A stretch of 64,000 bases of DNA from positions 1 to 64,000 of the IMG/VR virus record IMGVR_UViG_3300049142_000128; one strand, 5' to 3'. Below, in pieces: positions 53,259 through 63,032 of the stretch. Position 1 is the first letter of the stretch, and the number at the start of each line of letters is the position of its first letter. Position numbers and translations under genes: made by a program. Source of the DNA: a virus (taxonomy: Duplodnaviria; Caudoviricetes). Below the pieces are notes generated by a model. It saw nothing but the letters and a program-made list of their open reading frames with translations. It did not search any database and was not told the origin of the DNA.

Positions 53259-53684
53259 TCAGCGGGCGGCGTCGAGGGCGCGGACGAGGAACTCGCTGCC
53301 CCGCGTGCCGGGATGCCGGACCTGTCGGGCGAACACGACCTGGCCGCCGGTGATGAACCGCAGCGCGCGTCGGCGCCTCGGCCGGATGATGTGCGGCGCG
53401 GTCCCGTCGTGCTCATACCCGAGGTAGGTGGTGAGGCCGGGGACGCCAGCGACGATGTCGATGTAGCGGCCGAGCGGTCCGACGCCTTCCTCGCGGCGGA
53501 TCGAGAGCAGCAGCGTTCCGGTGCGGACCCGCACGAGGGTGCGGGCGGCGGCGAGGACACGGCGGGAGCGGTCGTCGAGGTCGCGCTCGAGGCCGCCGCG
53601 GCCGCGGCCGCCGACGATGTCGCGGACGACGCGCCTGTCGGGGTTGTGGCCGAGGTAGCGGGCGTGGACCCGGGTGCTGCTCAC
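53259..53684 (-). CDS. HK97 gp10-like tail completion protein
   Basis: YEHDGTAPHIIRP...VRHPGTRGSEFLVRAL. Confidence 0.75.
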   Translation of the reverse strand: MSSTRVHARYLGHNPDRRVVRDIVGGRGRGGLERDLDDRSRRVLAAARTLVRVRTGTLLLSIRREEGVGPLGRYIDIVAGVPGLTTYLGYEHDGTAPHIIRPRRRRALRFITGGQVVFARQVRHPGTRGSEFLVRALDAAR

Positions 53685-54223
53685 TCGAGCTGTCCGGCGG
53701 TGACGGCGAGGGAGCCCTCGACGGCGGCGTAGGCCCCTTCAGGGCCGAGGACCTCGACGACGCCGGGCACGACCCGGGATCCGACCGGGAGGCCGGCGGC
53801 GACCTTCGTGCAGACCTCGACGAGCGCCTGGGACAGCAGGCCGGCGTCGCGGAGCAGCGCGAGCCCGGCCTTGGTGAGCACGTCGTCGGGGGGTGGGCTG
53901 GTGCCGTCGCGGGACTCGGGGACGCAGCGCACGAGCTGCACGGCGAACACGGCGTGCCGCAGCCCCGTCGCGCTGATCGGGTTGCCCTTCCCCACGGGGC
54001 GGCCGCCCTCGCCGGGGGCGGCCCCGACGCCGATCCCGGACATGGTGACGACGAGCTGCTCGCAGTCCCACGCGATGAGCCGCGGGTTGCCGGGGGCGAT
54101 GACCCGCCGCCCCGGCAGCTTCACCGCGTCCGACGGATCGCCTCCAGCGGCCTCGAAGTGGGCGACGACCCCGTCGAGGACCGTGCGGGCGAGGCCCGGC
54201 ACGGCGAGCCCGAGACCGGGCAT
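53681..54223 (-). CDS. Tail terminator-like protein
   Basis: AWDCEQLVV...VQLVRCVP; position in the head-tail block. Confidence 0.6.
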   Translation of the reverse strand: MPGLGLAVPGLARTVLDGVVAHFEAAGGDPSDAVKLPGRRVIAPGNPRLIAWDCEQLVVTMSGIGVGAAPGEGGRPVGKGNPISATGLRHAVFAVQLVRCVPESRDGTSPPPDDVLTKAGLALLRDAGLLSQALVEVCTKVAAGLPVGSRVVPGVVEVLGPEGAYAAVEGSLAVTAGQLE

Positions 54224-54420
54224 CAGGCGGCTCCGCGGATCCGGTCGATGAGCTCGGCGCGGGTGCCGCTGGTGTCCAGCTCCCAGGAGGCGGCGAGCGC
54301 GACGAGGTCGTCCTTGCGCATGTCGTCGAGGCCCTTCGGCACCATCCGACCCGGGCGCGCCGGCTGGTCGCCGGCCGGGGTGTGTGGGGCGAAGGGGTCG
54401 TGCGCGCGGCGGTCGGTCAC
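54223..54420 (-). CDS. Small SAP/HeH-like protein
   Basis: LDDMRKDDLVALAASWELDTSGTRAELIDRI. Confidence 0.6.
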   Translation of the reverse strand: MTDRRAHDPFAPHTPAGDQPARPGRMVPKGLDDMRKDDLVALAASWELDTSGTRAELIDRIRGAA

Positions 54421-55181
54421 GGTGTCCTCCTGGCTCTCGGAAGGTCGGGGCTCCACACCGACCCGGCGGCCGGGCGGCCGTACGGGTTCACCGAGCGGAT
54501 CCACAGGTCGACCGCGTAGAGCCCGGTGAGGCCCTCGGACAGGAACTCCATGTCGTCGAGGGCGGCGTAGGTGATGCCCTGCCGGGTGACCGACTGCAGC
54601 CGCTGCGGCAGCCGGCACGGCCGGTCCGGGTTGGTGGCGCTGGCGCGGCCGAACTCGACGGCCAGCTCGACGCACGCCTGCCGCCCGCCGAGCGGGGGTT
54701 CGTTCCCGTAGCGGTAGGTGACGAGCGTCCGGTCGCGGCAGGTCGGCCAGCCGCGGCCGTCGGTGCGGGTCAACCACGGGCCGTCGAGCTGCCAGGAGGT
54801 GAACGCGACGTCGTCGATCGTGACCGCGACGACCGAGGTGACGTCGGGGTGCGGGAGCCGGATCCCGGTCGGCTCGTAGTGCCCGCCGGCCGGGTCGCGC
54901 CACCGCAGCCCCACCACGCCGGGCCCGTCGTAGCAGGGGCAGCAGCCCCACGAGCGATGCCAGGGCCAGCCGGGCGCCTCACCAGCGCGGGGCGGCTCGG
55001 GCCGGAGCGTGGCCTCCGCGGTGAGGCTGCGGCCGCGCCACCGACGCCCGGTGAGCGCCCACAGGACGTCGGTGGCGAGGTCGAGGTACATGCACCACTC
55101 CTGGGGAGAGTGCATGCCGACTGCCGACGTGGGGATGTCGTCGACACCAGCCCACGCCGAGCAGCCAGCGGGTGTGGTCAC
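54417..55181 (-). CDS. Head-to-tail adaptor
   Basis: ATDVLWALTGRRW, YRYG.EPP, CRLP.R.QSVTRQG, TGLYAVDLWI. Confidence 0.7.
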   Translation of the reverse strand: MTTPAGCSAWAGVDDIPTSAVGMHSPQEWCMYLDLATDVLWALTGRRWRGRSLTAEATLRPEPPRAGEAPGWPWHRSWGCCPCYDGPGVVGLRWRDPAGGHYEPTGIRLPHPDVTSVVAVTIDDVAFTSWQLDGPWLTRTDGRGWPTCRDRTLVTYRYGNEPPLGGRQACVELAVEFGRASATNPDRPCRLPQRLQSVTRQGITYAALDDMEFLSEGLTGLYAVDLWIRSVNPYGRPAAGSVWSPDLPRARRTP

Positions 55182-55843
55182 GACGAGGAGTCGGCCGTGA
55201 CCGGGACGAGGCCCTGGGTGAGGTCGGGGATCGACGGCACCCGGCAGTACTGCCAGATGCGGTCGGTGGGGAACTCGATGTCCCCGACCGGGCCGTCCCC
55301 GAACATCGGGTTCTGCTCGAGCGTGCCGGTGAGCGTCGGGGTGAGCGCGTCCTCGCCGTTGAGCGTCATCGACTCGCTCGGCCGCAGCTTCGCTCGGGGC
55401 ATGACCCAGTGGAAGTACGGCAGGGACGAGGAGAACGCGTTGTCGAGGACGGCGCGGGAGAACGCCTCGACGGCGACCCCGTTCGGTGTCGGGTCGACGT
55501 TCACCTCCGGGGCCTGGTAGCCGACCACGTTCGGCCCGTCCATGATCAGCTCACCGCCGACGAGGAACTGCAGGATGTACGGGTCCGGGGTGCAGACCTG
55601 CATGTCCTCGATCGTGCCGCCGAGCAGCGTGGGCGGGGGCGCGTAGTAGACGCAGGTGATGCCGGCGCCGTTGCGCAGCTCGATCGGGTCCGGTTCCGAG
55701 TAGGTGTTCCCGAGGCCCATCGCGACGAGCGCCTCGGTGGTGTAGCTGTTCTCCGGGCCGACCATCGGGGCGCCGGAGGCGTCGAGCTTGGTGAGGCGCA
55801 GGCCGAGCGCGAACAGCGACCCCGCACCGTCATATCCAGCCAT
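55178..55843 (-). CDS. Major tail protein
   Basis: LRLTKLDASG...NGAGITC, ENPMFGDGP..D motifs. Confidence 0.75.
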   Translation of the reverse strand: MAGYDGAGSLFALGLRLTKLDASGAPMVGPENSYTTEALVAMGLGNTYSEPDPIELRNGAGITCVYYAPPPTLLGGTIEDMQVCTPDPYILQFLVGGELIMDGPNVVGYQAPEVNVDPTPNGVAVEAFSRAVLDNAFSSSLPYFHWVMPRAKLRPSESMTLNGEDALTPTLTGTLEQNPMFGDGPVGDIEFPTDRIWQYCRVPSIPDLTQGLVPVTADSSS

Positions 55844-55859
55844 GGTGTGTTTCTCCTGG

Positions 55860-56672
55860 TCAGAGGGTGATCTCGGTGGCGAGGTGCACGCACGGATCGA
55901 AGGTCGCCGCGAACACGCGCGTGCCCCACACGGTGCGGGTGTTCGTCGACGGGTCGACAGCGTCCGGGTCCGTGATGAGCGTGATCGGCGAGGTGAGCAC
56001 CGCGACCGGGGCGGTCGCGTAGGCCCACACCGTCGCGCCCGGGGCCTGCCCGGCCGGGCCGCTGCCCGGGTAGCCGGCGTCGGCGACGAGCACGTTCCCG
56101 GCGTGCGTCACGAGCTGCTGCCCGACCTGCCGGAACACGTCGTGCAGTCGGCCGAGCGCCATCACCGGCACGTGCAGCATCACCGGCTGCCCGTGCGACG
56201 CCTCGAGCGCGGCCTGCTCGAGCCGGCCGAACGCGACGACCGGATCGGTCCCGCTCCCGGTGACGACATCCGCGTCCGGGGAGGCGAGGTAGGCGTTGGT
56301 GTGCTGCTGCCCGCCGACCGTGTACGGGTCGGTCTGGGTGAGCTCGCCGGCCCACAGCTCCCGCGCGATCGCGAACGGGGTCTGCGCCTCGACGAGCCGA
56401 CGCACCCGATCGACGTCGACGGGGCCGCCGAGCGTGGAGCACTCGTCGGCGACCTGCAGCCCGACCGGCTGGTAGTACGCCGCACCGGGCCGGCTCGCCT
56501 CGTAGCCGATCTCCGGCTCGTCGCACACCGGCACGAGCCGGTACTCCGTGCCGCAACGCTCGGGGATCCAGGCCAGGCCCGTCTCCCAGCGGTCCAGGGT
56601 CGGGCGCACCGCGGACGCCACCAGCCCGGAGGCCGGTGGCGCCGCGGGTACGCCCGGGACGTTGGCGAACAT
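55860..56672 (-). CDS. Second capsid protein (pentamer-type, tentative)
   Basis: 270 aa directly after the major capsid gene; ELWAG, GNVLVADAGY, YATAPV motifs. Confidence 0.6.
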   Translation of the reverse strand: MFANVPGVPAAPPASGLVASAVRPTLDRWETGLAWIPERCGTEYRLVPVCDEPEIGYEASRPGAAYYQPVGLQVADECSTLGGPVDVDRVRRLVEAQTPFAIARELWAGELTQTDPYTVGGQQHTNAYLASPDADVVTGSGTDPVVAFGRLEQAALEASHGQPVMLHVPVMALGRLHDVFRQVGQQLVTHAGNVLVADAGYPGSGPAGQAPGATVWAYATAPVAVLTSPITLITDPDAVDPSTNTRTVWGTRVFAATFDPCVHLATEITL

Positions 56673-56694
56673 CAGTTCAGTCGCCTGTCCCTGG

Positions 56695-58509
56695 TCAGGA
56701 GATCGCGACGTTGACGGTGCCGGACGCGGCGCCGGTCGGGTCGACGTCGAACACCGGGCGCAGGGCCTCGACGCCGCGGAACGCGACGCCCTCGAACGTC
56801 TCCGAGAACTGCTGGTACCTGTTGCGGCTGATCAGCTCGGAGTCGCGAACGAGGCCCAGGTCCAGCGAGCCGCCGTCGAGGAACAGGAACGCCCCGCTCG
56901 TGAACAGCAGGCTGTCGAACGGCTCGGGGAAGTTCGGGATCGTGCCGCCGGCCGCGACGTCGGCGTAGACCTGGGACGGGATCGTGACCCCGTTGACGGT
57001 CTGCGGGGCGGTGGCACCGTCGAGGAACCACACCGGCGACACGCCGCGGCGGGAGAACCAGCCGCCGATCGTGCTCTCCGCGACGCCGAGCGCTTCCTGC
57101 CAGTCCCCGGCCGCCATCTGGTAGGCGATGTCGGCGCGCAGCAGCTCCCGCACCCACTGCGGGGCCATCCACGTGAGGGAGATGCTGTCGTCGAGGCGGT
57201 GCCGGTCGCGGTAGTAGGCGATCAGCTTGTCCATCTCGACGAGGATGTGCCGGGTGGCGCCGACGACCTGCGTGTTGGCGCGCACCAGCTTCGACTGCGC
57301 GGCCATCTGCCGGTACAGCTCCCGCTCGGCGAGCCGGGCGTGCGCGATCATGCCCTCGCGCACGTTCGCCGCGGTCACCTCGGGGTCGAACCGGGTGGTG
57401 ATGTTGGAGAACTCCAGGCAGCTGTAGATCGCCTGGATGGTGGCGTCCTCGACGGCGGGGCAGTCGACGACCCAGCAGTCCTTCACGGTGCCGCCGGACC
57501 CGTCGGCGGCCTCGTCGTCGGCGAGGGTCCACACACCGGCGCCGTTCACCGCGGCCGCGGCGGAGGAGCCGGGTCGGTACTGGATGCCGCCGCGCTCGAC
57601 CTGGAACCGCGCGAGCGCGTCGCGGACGGGGCGGGCGGTCGACCCGATGACCTCGACGTCGTAGAGCGTCTCCAGCGGGGCGCACAGCCCACCGGCTGCG
57701 ACCAGCGCGCCGGGCGAGGTGACGGCCTCGATCTTCGCGAAGTTCTGCTCGAGGCTGTTCCCGAGGACGCGCTCCTCCGGGTACTGCGCCTCGACGCGGG
57801 CGACGTGCAGCCGGCCGTGGAACCCGCGGGCCTGGTAGTCGCCGCGGAACCGGTCGTGGATCGCGCGAGCGAGCTCGAACGTCGAGCCGAGGGGCTGGCC
57901 ATGCTCGAACGAGCCGTTCGACCCAGCGGCCTTCACCTTCGTGACCACAGCGCCGCGCTGCGGCGCGGTCTGGGCGGCGTGCACGCCGGGACGCCCGGTG
58001 CGGCCCTCGAGCCGGGCACCGGTGGCGGCGGGTGCGGTCGGGGCGTGCCCGGCGGCGCGGAGGCCCTCGGTGATGCCACGGGCGATCGCTGCGCCGAGCG
58101 CGGACGCGGCGAGCGCCGGCTCCTGCGCGCCCTCGACGACGACCGTGTCGCCACCGTCGGCGGGCTCCCCACCGTCGCCCGGCTGGCCCGGCTCGCCGGT
58201 CTCCGCCGTGTCGGTGTCGGCCTGCTCCGGGTCGGGGATGTCGAGGCCGTCGAGCAGGTCGCGCGCCCGGTCGGCGTTCTGCGCGGCAGCCTGGACGCGG
58301 GTGTCCCGCTCGCCGACGACGACGTCGCGGACCTCCTTCAGCTCCTCGAGCTGGGCGACCAGCTCGGGCGTCGAGGCCTGCTCGCGGGCCTGGCCGACGT
58401 GCTCGCGGATCGACGCGACCGCGGCCTGGATCTCCTCGTCGGTGACGTCGGCGGCGTTGTTCTGGAGCTTGTCGCGCAGCGCGCGGAGCTCCTCGAGGGT
58501 CATGCTCAT
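56695..58509 (-). CDS. Major capsid protein with long N-terminal scaffold-like extension
   Basis: N-terminal coiled coil and acidic linker; LVAAGGLCAPLETLYD...RGGIQY; LDLGLVRDS.L..N.YQQFSETFEG. Confidence 0.85.
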   Translation of the reverse strand: MSMTLEELRALRDKLQNNAADVTDEEIQAAVASIREHVGQAREQASTPELVAQLEELKEVRDVVVGERDTRVQAAAQNADRARDLLDGLDIPDPEQADTDTAETGEPGQPGDGGEPADGGDTVVVEGAQEPALAASALGAAIARGITEGLRAAGHAPTAPAATGARLEGRTGRPGVHAAQTAPQRGAVVTKVKAAGSNGSFEHGQPLGSTFELARAIHDRFRGDYQARGFHGRLHVARVEAQYPEERVLGNSLEQNFAKIEAVTSPGALVAAGGLCAPLETLYDVEVIGSTARPVRDALARFQVERGGIQYRPGSSAAAAVNGAGVWTLADDEAADGSGGTVKDCWVVDCPAVEDATIQAIYSCLEFSNITTRFDPEVTAANVREGMIAHARLAERELYRQMAAQSKLVRANTQVVGATRHILVEMDKLIAYYRDRHRLDDSISLTWMAPQWVRELLRADIAYQMAAGDWQEALGVAESTIGGWFSRRGVSPVWFLDGATAPQTVNGVTIPSQVYADVAAGGTIPNFPEPFDSLLFTSGAFLFLDGGSLDLGLVRDSELISRNRYQQFSETFEGVAFRGVEALRPVFDVDPTGAASGTVNVAIS

Positions 58510-58684
58510 CGCTGTGGCCTTCCGGCTCGTGTGCTGTCGGGGGGCGGGGACACCCCGGCTATGCCGGAAGACGGCTGGCGCTAGGCGCCGGGCCGCGTTC
58601 CCCTTCCTTGATCGGCGAGGATCAGGGCGGAGCGGCTGTCAACGACGGCAGTCGCGTGTCGTGCGGCCGCGCGAGGATGGCGCG

Positions 58685-58999
58685 GTGGACCGCCTGGATG
58701 AGGACCTGGTGCGCCGGCTCGTCGGCGAGCACCTGCAGCAGCACCCGACCACGCGCACGCTGCATCTGACCGACGCCACCTTCCACGCAGCCGTCGAGGC
58801 AGCCCGGACCACGCTGGTCGCGGTCACCGCCTCGATGCGCGCAGCCGGCCTCCCGTTGTGGCAGGCGGAGGCCGTGCTGCGCGGAGCGCTCGACCAACTG
58901 CTCGGCGACCAGTTGCTCGCCGAGCAGCGGCGGCAGGTGGAGCTGGCTGCGGCGCTCGCGCTGGCACCGCCCAGCACGGGCCGGGGCGTGCCGACATGA
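58685..58999 (+). CDS. Hypothetical protein
   Basis: First of three coupled small plus-strand ORFs. Confidence 0.45.
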   Translation: MDRLDEDLVRRLVGEHLQQHPTTRTLHLTDATFHAAVEAARTTLVAVTASMRAAGLPLWQAEAVLRGALDQLLGDQLLAEQRRQVELAAALALAPPSTGRGVPT

Positions 59000-59220
59000 G
59001 GGAAGACCTCTGGCGCGGCCCGGTGATCAGCCCAGAGCCGCCCCCGGCCGTGATGGCGGCGCAGGACGGGCAGGGGTACATCGCCGATCGTCTGCTGGAG
59101 CCGTGCGAGTACTGCGGCGACGGCGTCGGGTCGATCTGGCGGTGGCGGCACAACGGCCGCTCCGAGTGCTGGCTCGACATCGACGGGATCGGGCCGTGGG
59201 TAGAGGTTCGCCAGCCATGA
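58996..59220 (+). CDS. Small CxxC protein
   Basis: PCEYCGDG; ATGA coupling. Confidence 0.45.
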   Translation: MREDLWRGPVISPEPPPAVMAAQDGQGYIADRLLEPCEYCGDGVGSIWRWRHNGRSECWLDIDGIGPWVEVRQP

Positions 59221-59480
59221 CGGCTGAGTTGCTCACCGGTCACGTCCCACGTGGAATCGCGTGGTGTCCGTACTGCGGCCGCGAGGTCGACCTCGGCGAG
59301 GCCGCCCTCGACGACAACCGCGCCGTCACCGAGCTCGCCGAGACCAGCAGCGCAGTAGCGGTGTTACCCCCGCGGCATCACGCGCTGATGCACCGTGTGT
59401 CGCGGTGGCCGAGGGTCGGATGGGACGAGCACCGTTGGCTCGCGGATGGGTACGAGCTACGCCGCGTCCTCGCGGTGTAG
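59217..59480 (+). CDS. Small CxxC protein
   Basis: WCPYCGRE; ATGA coupling. Confidence 0.45.
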   Translation: MTAELLTGHVPRGIAWCPYCGREVDLGEAALDDNRAVTELAETSSAVAVLPPRHHALMHRVSRWPRVGWDEHRWLADGYELRRVLAV

Positions 59481-59491
59481 CTCACTCCGTC

Positions 59492-60130
59492 CTAGCTGGC
59501 GCGCCACCGCGGTCCGATCGGCACGACAGGCCCGTCCCACGAGGCCGGAGCGCCCGTGCGCCAGGCGACACGGAGCACAGTCCGGGCGCCTCCGGCCAGC
59601 AGCGACGGGCCGTCGGCGTGGTCGACGAGGGACGGCCACGTGTACCGGACGGGGCGGCGCTGGTTGCGGTACCAGCAGCCGATCCGCTGGTCGTAGGGCA
59701 GATGGCACCGCTTCCCCCAGGCGAGGAGCCCGGCCAGGTCGGCGGCGGGGAGCACGGTGGCGACGCCCCAGAGCAGGGTGTTCGCCTCGAGCCAGGACGC
59801 GCCGATCTCGTCGGCCCGCCGGACGGCGCGGGCGACCTGCTCCGGCCGTGGGCGGGAACGGCCGACGTAGAGCCCGATCGGCCCGTCCGGGTAGGCGGCC
59901 ACCGCGGCGCCGACGTGCTCGAGCAGGCCGGGCACCGGCACGGCGTCGTCCTGCACGATCAGCGCGTGCGCGGCGTCCTGCTGCGCCGCCCATGCGAGCG
60001 CGCGGGCGTGGGTGGGCCACTCTCCCTCGCCGAGCCGGTCGACGACGAGGTGCGCGCCCAGCTCGGAGGCGAGCTGCTCGGCGGCGGCGAGCCGGGCCGG
60101 GTGGGCGACCACGGCGACGGCGGGGCTCAC
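59492..60130 (-). CDS. Putative GT-A fold glycosyltransferase
   Basis: ALIVQDDAVP (DxD-like), LLWGVA, YDQRI, WPSLVDH. Confidence 0.7.
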   Translation of the reverse strand: MSPAVAVVAHPARLAAAEQLASELGAHLVVDRLGEGEWPTHARALAWAAQQDAAHALIVQDDAVPVPGLLEHVGAAVAAYPDGPIGLYVGRSRPRPEQVARAVRRADEIGASWLEANTLLWGVATVLPAADLAGLLAWGKRCHLPYDQRIGCWYRNQRRPVRYTWPSLVDHADGPSLLAGGARTVLRVAWRTGAPASWDGPVVPIGPRWRAS

Positions 60131-61062
60131 GCGAGGGCCTCGACGGCGCGGACGAAGGCGTCGAGCTCGGGCCGCGGGTCCAGCTCGGCCGCGCGGGCGC
60201 GGGCACGCCGGGAGGCGACTTCGTCGTCGTAGAGCCGCCGGATCGCGGTCCCCCACGCGTCGACGTCGTCCCGGTCGATGAAGGTTCCGGCACCGGCGAG
60301 GGACTCCCGCAGCCCCGGTGTGGGGTGCGCGATCACGGGGATCCCGGAGTGCATCGCCTCGACCCCGACCATCCCCCACGACTCGTAGTCCGACGGCATC
60401 AGCAGCAGGCGGGTGCGCGCCCACACGTCCCGGCGCATGTCCGCGGTGTGCGGCTGCCACACGACGTTCGGAAGGTCGGGGCGCCGGAGCTGCTCGTCGC
60501 GCTGGTAACCGCCCTCAACGGCGAGGAACCGGTGCTCCGGCAGGCGCTCGGCGAGCGCGTAGAACGTCGCAGCACCCTTCGCGGGGATCGGGTTGACCAG
60601 CGTGATCATGTCGCCGCGGGTGGTGACGTGCTGCTCGCCCCACACCGGCGGGTGCACGACGAGCGCGCGGGCTCGGCGGCCGTGGGCGCGGTGCAGCCAA
60701 CGCGTGTTGTAGACGACGAGCGCGGACCGGCGGGCGAGGAACCGGGCGGTGAGCCGGTTCGTGTTGTGCACGACCTGGACGGCGGGCCGGCGGGTGCGGT
60801 GCGCCCAGTCGAGGATCCGGCCGGTCTCCTTGTGGTGGCCGATGCCGACGTCGTAGGCCTCGGTGCGGAGCCGGTCGAGGTGCTCGGCGCCCTGGTGCAC
60901 GAGTACGCCGTCGAGGTCGACGGTCGGGCCGTCCTGCTCGGTGACGATCAGTTCCGGGTGGTGGCCGGCGCGGGCGAGCGCGGCGAGGAGTTCGTGCAGC
61001 ATCAGCTCCGACCCGCCCCGGTTGGCCGGGAGCCCGTAGTGGGCGACCGCGACGATCCGCAC
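60127..61062 (-). CDS. GT-B (family 4-like) glycosyltransferase
   Basis: GGSELMLHEL, LMPSDYESWGMVGVEAMHSGIPVIA. Confidence 0.9.
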   Translation of the reverse strand: MRIVAVAHYGLPANRGGSELMLHELLAALARAGHHPELIVTEQDGPTVDLDGVLVHQGAEHLDRLRTEAYDVGIGHHKETGRILDWAHRTRRPAVQVVHNTNRLTARFLARRSALVVYNTRWLHRAHGRRARALVVHPPVWGEQHVTTRGDMITLVNPIPAKGAATFYALAERLPEHRFLAVEGGYQRDEQLRRPDLPNVVWQPHTADMRRDVWARTRLLLMPSDYESWGMVGVEAMHSGIPVIAHPTPGLRESLAGAGTFIDRDDVDAWGTAIRRLYDDEVASRRARARAAELDPRPELDAFVRAVEALA

Positions 61063-61063
61063 G

Positions 61064-61729
61064 TCAGCGCCCGGCGATGAGCTGCCGCATCCCGCGCGGG
61101 TTGCGGCGCAGGCCGCGGTAGCGGTTCTGCCGGGCGATGTTCCGCCGGTACTGCTGGGAGGTGCGGTCCATCTCCGAGGGGTGCCAGAGCCCGTAGAGCG
61201 TGCCGTCGTGCCTGACGGTCTGGCCGAGGAGCGCGTCGCAGGCGTGGCGGAACGCGACGTCCTCGCCGCCCCACCCGTGGAACCCCTCGTCCTGCCCGCC
61301 GGCCTCCCAGTAGGCGTCGTGGTCGATGACGAGCACGCCGCCGACGCTGTTGGTGGTGACGAGCTCGGGCTTCCCGATTCCGGCTGGCTGTGCTCCCTGC
61401 AGGAGCACGCGGAGGGTCTGCTCCCGCGTCAGCCCGGCGAAGATCGTGTAGGGCAGGTGCAGCAGGCCGTCGCCGGCGGCCTCGATCGCGGCCTCGACCG
61501 GCTCCCGCTCGGGCAGCGAGTCCGCGTCGCACACCACGACCACCCCGGAGCCGGCCTCGCGGACGCCCGCGTTTCTGGCCGCCGACCGGTTGAACGGCTC
61601 GTGGCCGCTGTCGGCGACGACGAGCCGCGCGCCGGGCAGGATGCGCTGCAGGTGGCCGCGGGTGTAGTCGGCCGCGACCTCCCGGTCGACCTGGCCACCG
61701 CGGAACGGGACGACGACCGTCACGCGCAT
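61064..61729 (-). CDS. GT-A (family 2 / galactosyltransferase-like) glycosyltransferase
   Basis: VVVPFRG, FNRSAARNAG, CDAD, GGQDEGFHGWGGED. Confidence 0.85.
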   Translation of the reverse strand: MRVTVVVPFRGGQVDREVAADYTRGHLQRILPGARLVVADSGHEPFNRSAARNAGVREAGSGVVVVCDADSLPEREPVEAAIEAAGDGLLHLPYTIFAGLTREQTLRVLLQGAQPAGIGKPELVTTNSVGGVLVIDHDAYWEAGGQDEGFHGWGGEDVAFRHACDALLGQTVRHDGTLYGLWHPSEMDRTSQQYRRNIARQNRYRGLRRNPRGMRQLIAGR

Positions 61730-62250
61730 GCCGCGACGCTCCACAGGTAGTAGCCGAGGACGTCGCCGCGCACGCTGTCGACGACGCCGCGGCCGAGCGC
61801 GTCGAGCATCTCGTCGTGGCCCCAGTGGTCGCGGTGGATCTCGAACCAGTTCCCGCCGACCGCGTCCTGCGCGTGGTGGGCGAGCGGGATCGAGACCAGC
61901 AGGTTGTCGGCCCACGCCTGCAGCAGCCGCAGCACCGAGCGGGCCTCCGGCTTCGCCATGTGCTCGAGGACGTCGCCGATGATGACGAGGTCGGGGGCGT
62001 AGGTGATCGAGTGCAGGTCGACGTGGCGGACGTCGGCGACGATCACGTGGTTGTACTTCGTCCAGAGGTCGTGCTCGGCGATGTACGGGGCCCAGGCCTC
62101 GACGGCCTTCCACGTCGCACCGGGGGTGTGCTCGCGGGCCAGGTCGCTGTAGGTGCCGGCACCGGGGCCGATGTCGACGACCACCTTCGGGGCGAGGTCG
62201 CGGATGCGGTCGAGGGCCCACTGCTTGTTCTCGGTGTCGGAGATCGGCAC
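61720..62250 (-). CDS. Class I SAM-dependent methyltransferase
   Basis: VVDIGPGAG, LVIIGDVLEH. Confidence 0.85.
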   Translation of the reverse strand: MPISDTENKQWALDRIRDLAPKVVVDIGPGAGTYSDLAREHTPGATWKAVEAWAPYIAEHDLWTKYNHVIVADVRHVDLHSITYAPDLVIIGDVLEHMAKPEARSVLRLLQAWADNLLVSIPLAHHAQDAVGGNWFEIHRDHWGHDEMLDALGRGVVDSVRGDVLGYYLWSVAACA

Positions 62251-62325
62251 GACCCGGAGCCTGCTCGCGGGCAGGGCGCGGGTGGCTCGTAGACGCGAGT
62301 CGAGGCCGACCGATAGACATGCATC

Positions 62326-62484
62326 GTGAACGAGCAGACCCAGCCCACCACGCCGTTCCTCGCGCTCGTCTGCGTCGTGGCCGCTGGCGCCTTGTGCGCT
62401 GTCGCGGCCTCCCCCGTCGGCGATGGGATCCGCATCGCCTGGGACGCCCTCACCCTCTGGGCTGCGGCCCTGATCGGAGCCTGA
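62326..62484 (+). CDS. Small membrane protein
   Basis: Two hydrophobic segments, 52 aa. Confidence 0.4.
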   Translation: MNEQTQPTTPFLALVCVVAAGALCAVAASPVGDGIRIAWDALTLWAAALIGA

Positions 62485-62486
62485 CT

Positions 62487-62795
62487 ATGACCGACGCCCC
62501 GCTCATCGCCACCCCGCAGGCCTACCCACTCGTCTGCCGAACGACCGACAACCAGCGCTACCTCGTCGTCGGCTGGACTGCTTCGGGCATCGCGGTTGGC
62601 GTGCTGCAGACGACGAGCCTCGCGCAGCCGAAGGTCGCCTACGGCGCGGAGGAAATCGTCGGCGAGCTGACCTTCCACATGGGCGGCATGAGCGTTTCGG
62701 TCGACGGCGACATCTCCACGAGCGTGACTGGGGACCTCACCGTTGATGGCACGCGGTCCGACGGCGCGATCGCCATCGTCGACATCGATCGTTGA
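62487..62795 (+). CDS. Hypothetical protein
   Basis: MTDAPLIAT...; coding-like composition. Confidence 0.5.
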   Translation: MTDAPLIATPQAYPLVCRTTDNQRYLVVGWTASGIAVGVLQTTSLAQPKVAYGAEEIVGELTFHMGGMSVSVDGDISTSVTGDLTVDGTRSDGAIAIVDIDR

Positions 62796-63032
62796 CCTGG
62801 CCCTCGTAACGCCGAAGTCAAGCCCCTCGATCAGGGGGCGTGGCTTCTGGCTGTAGAGACTGCTCTGCCTGCACTCGCTCCCTGGTCTTCAAGATGATGG
62901 TGCTGTTCTGCTGGACCTGGTACGGGTGGATGTTCACGATGTGGATGCGGCGCTGCCCGCAGTGCCGGCACGGCCTCGGCCGCCACGCGCGCCGCGCCGA
63001 CGGCTCGTTCAAGGACTGAGCGGGAGACCCCG

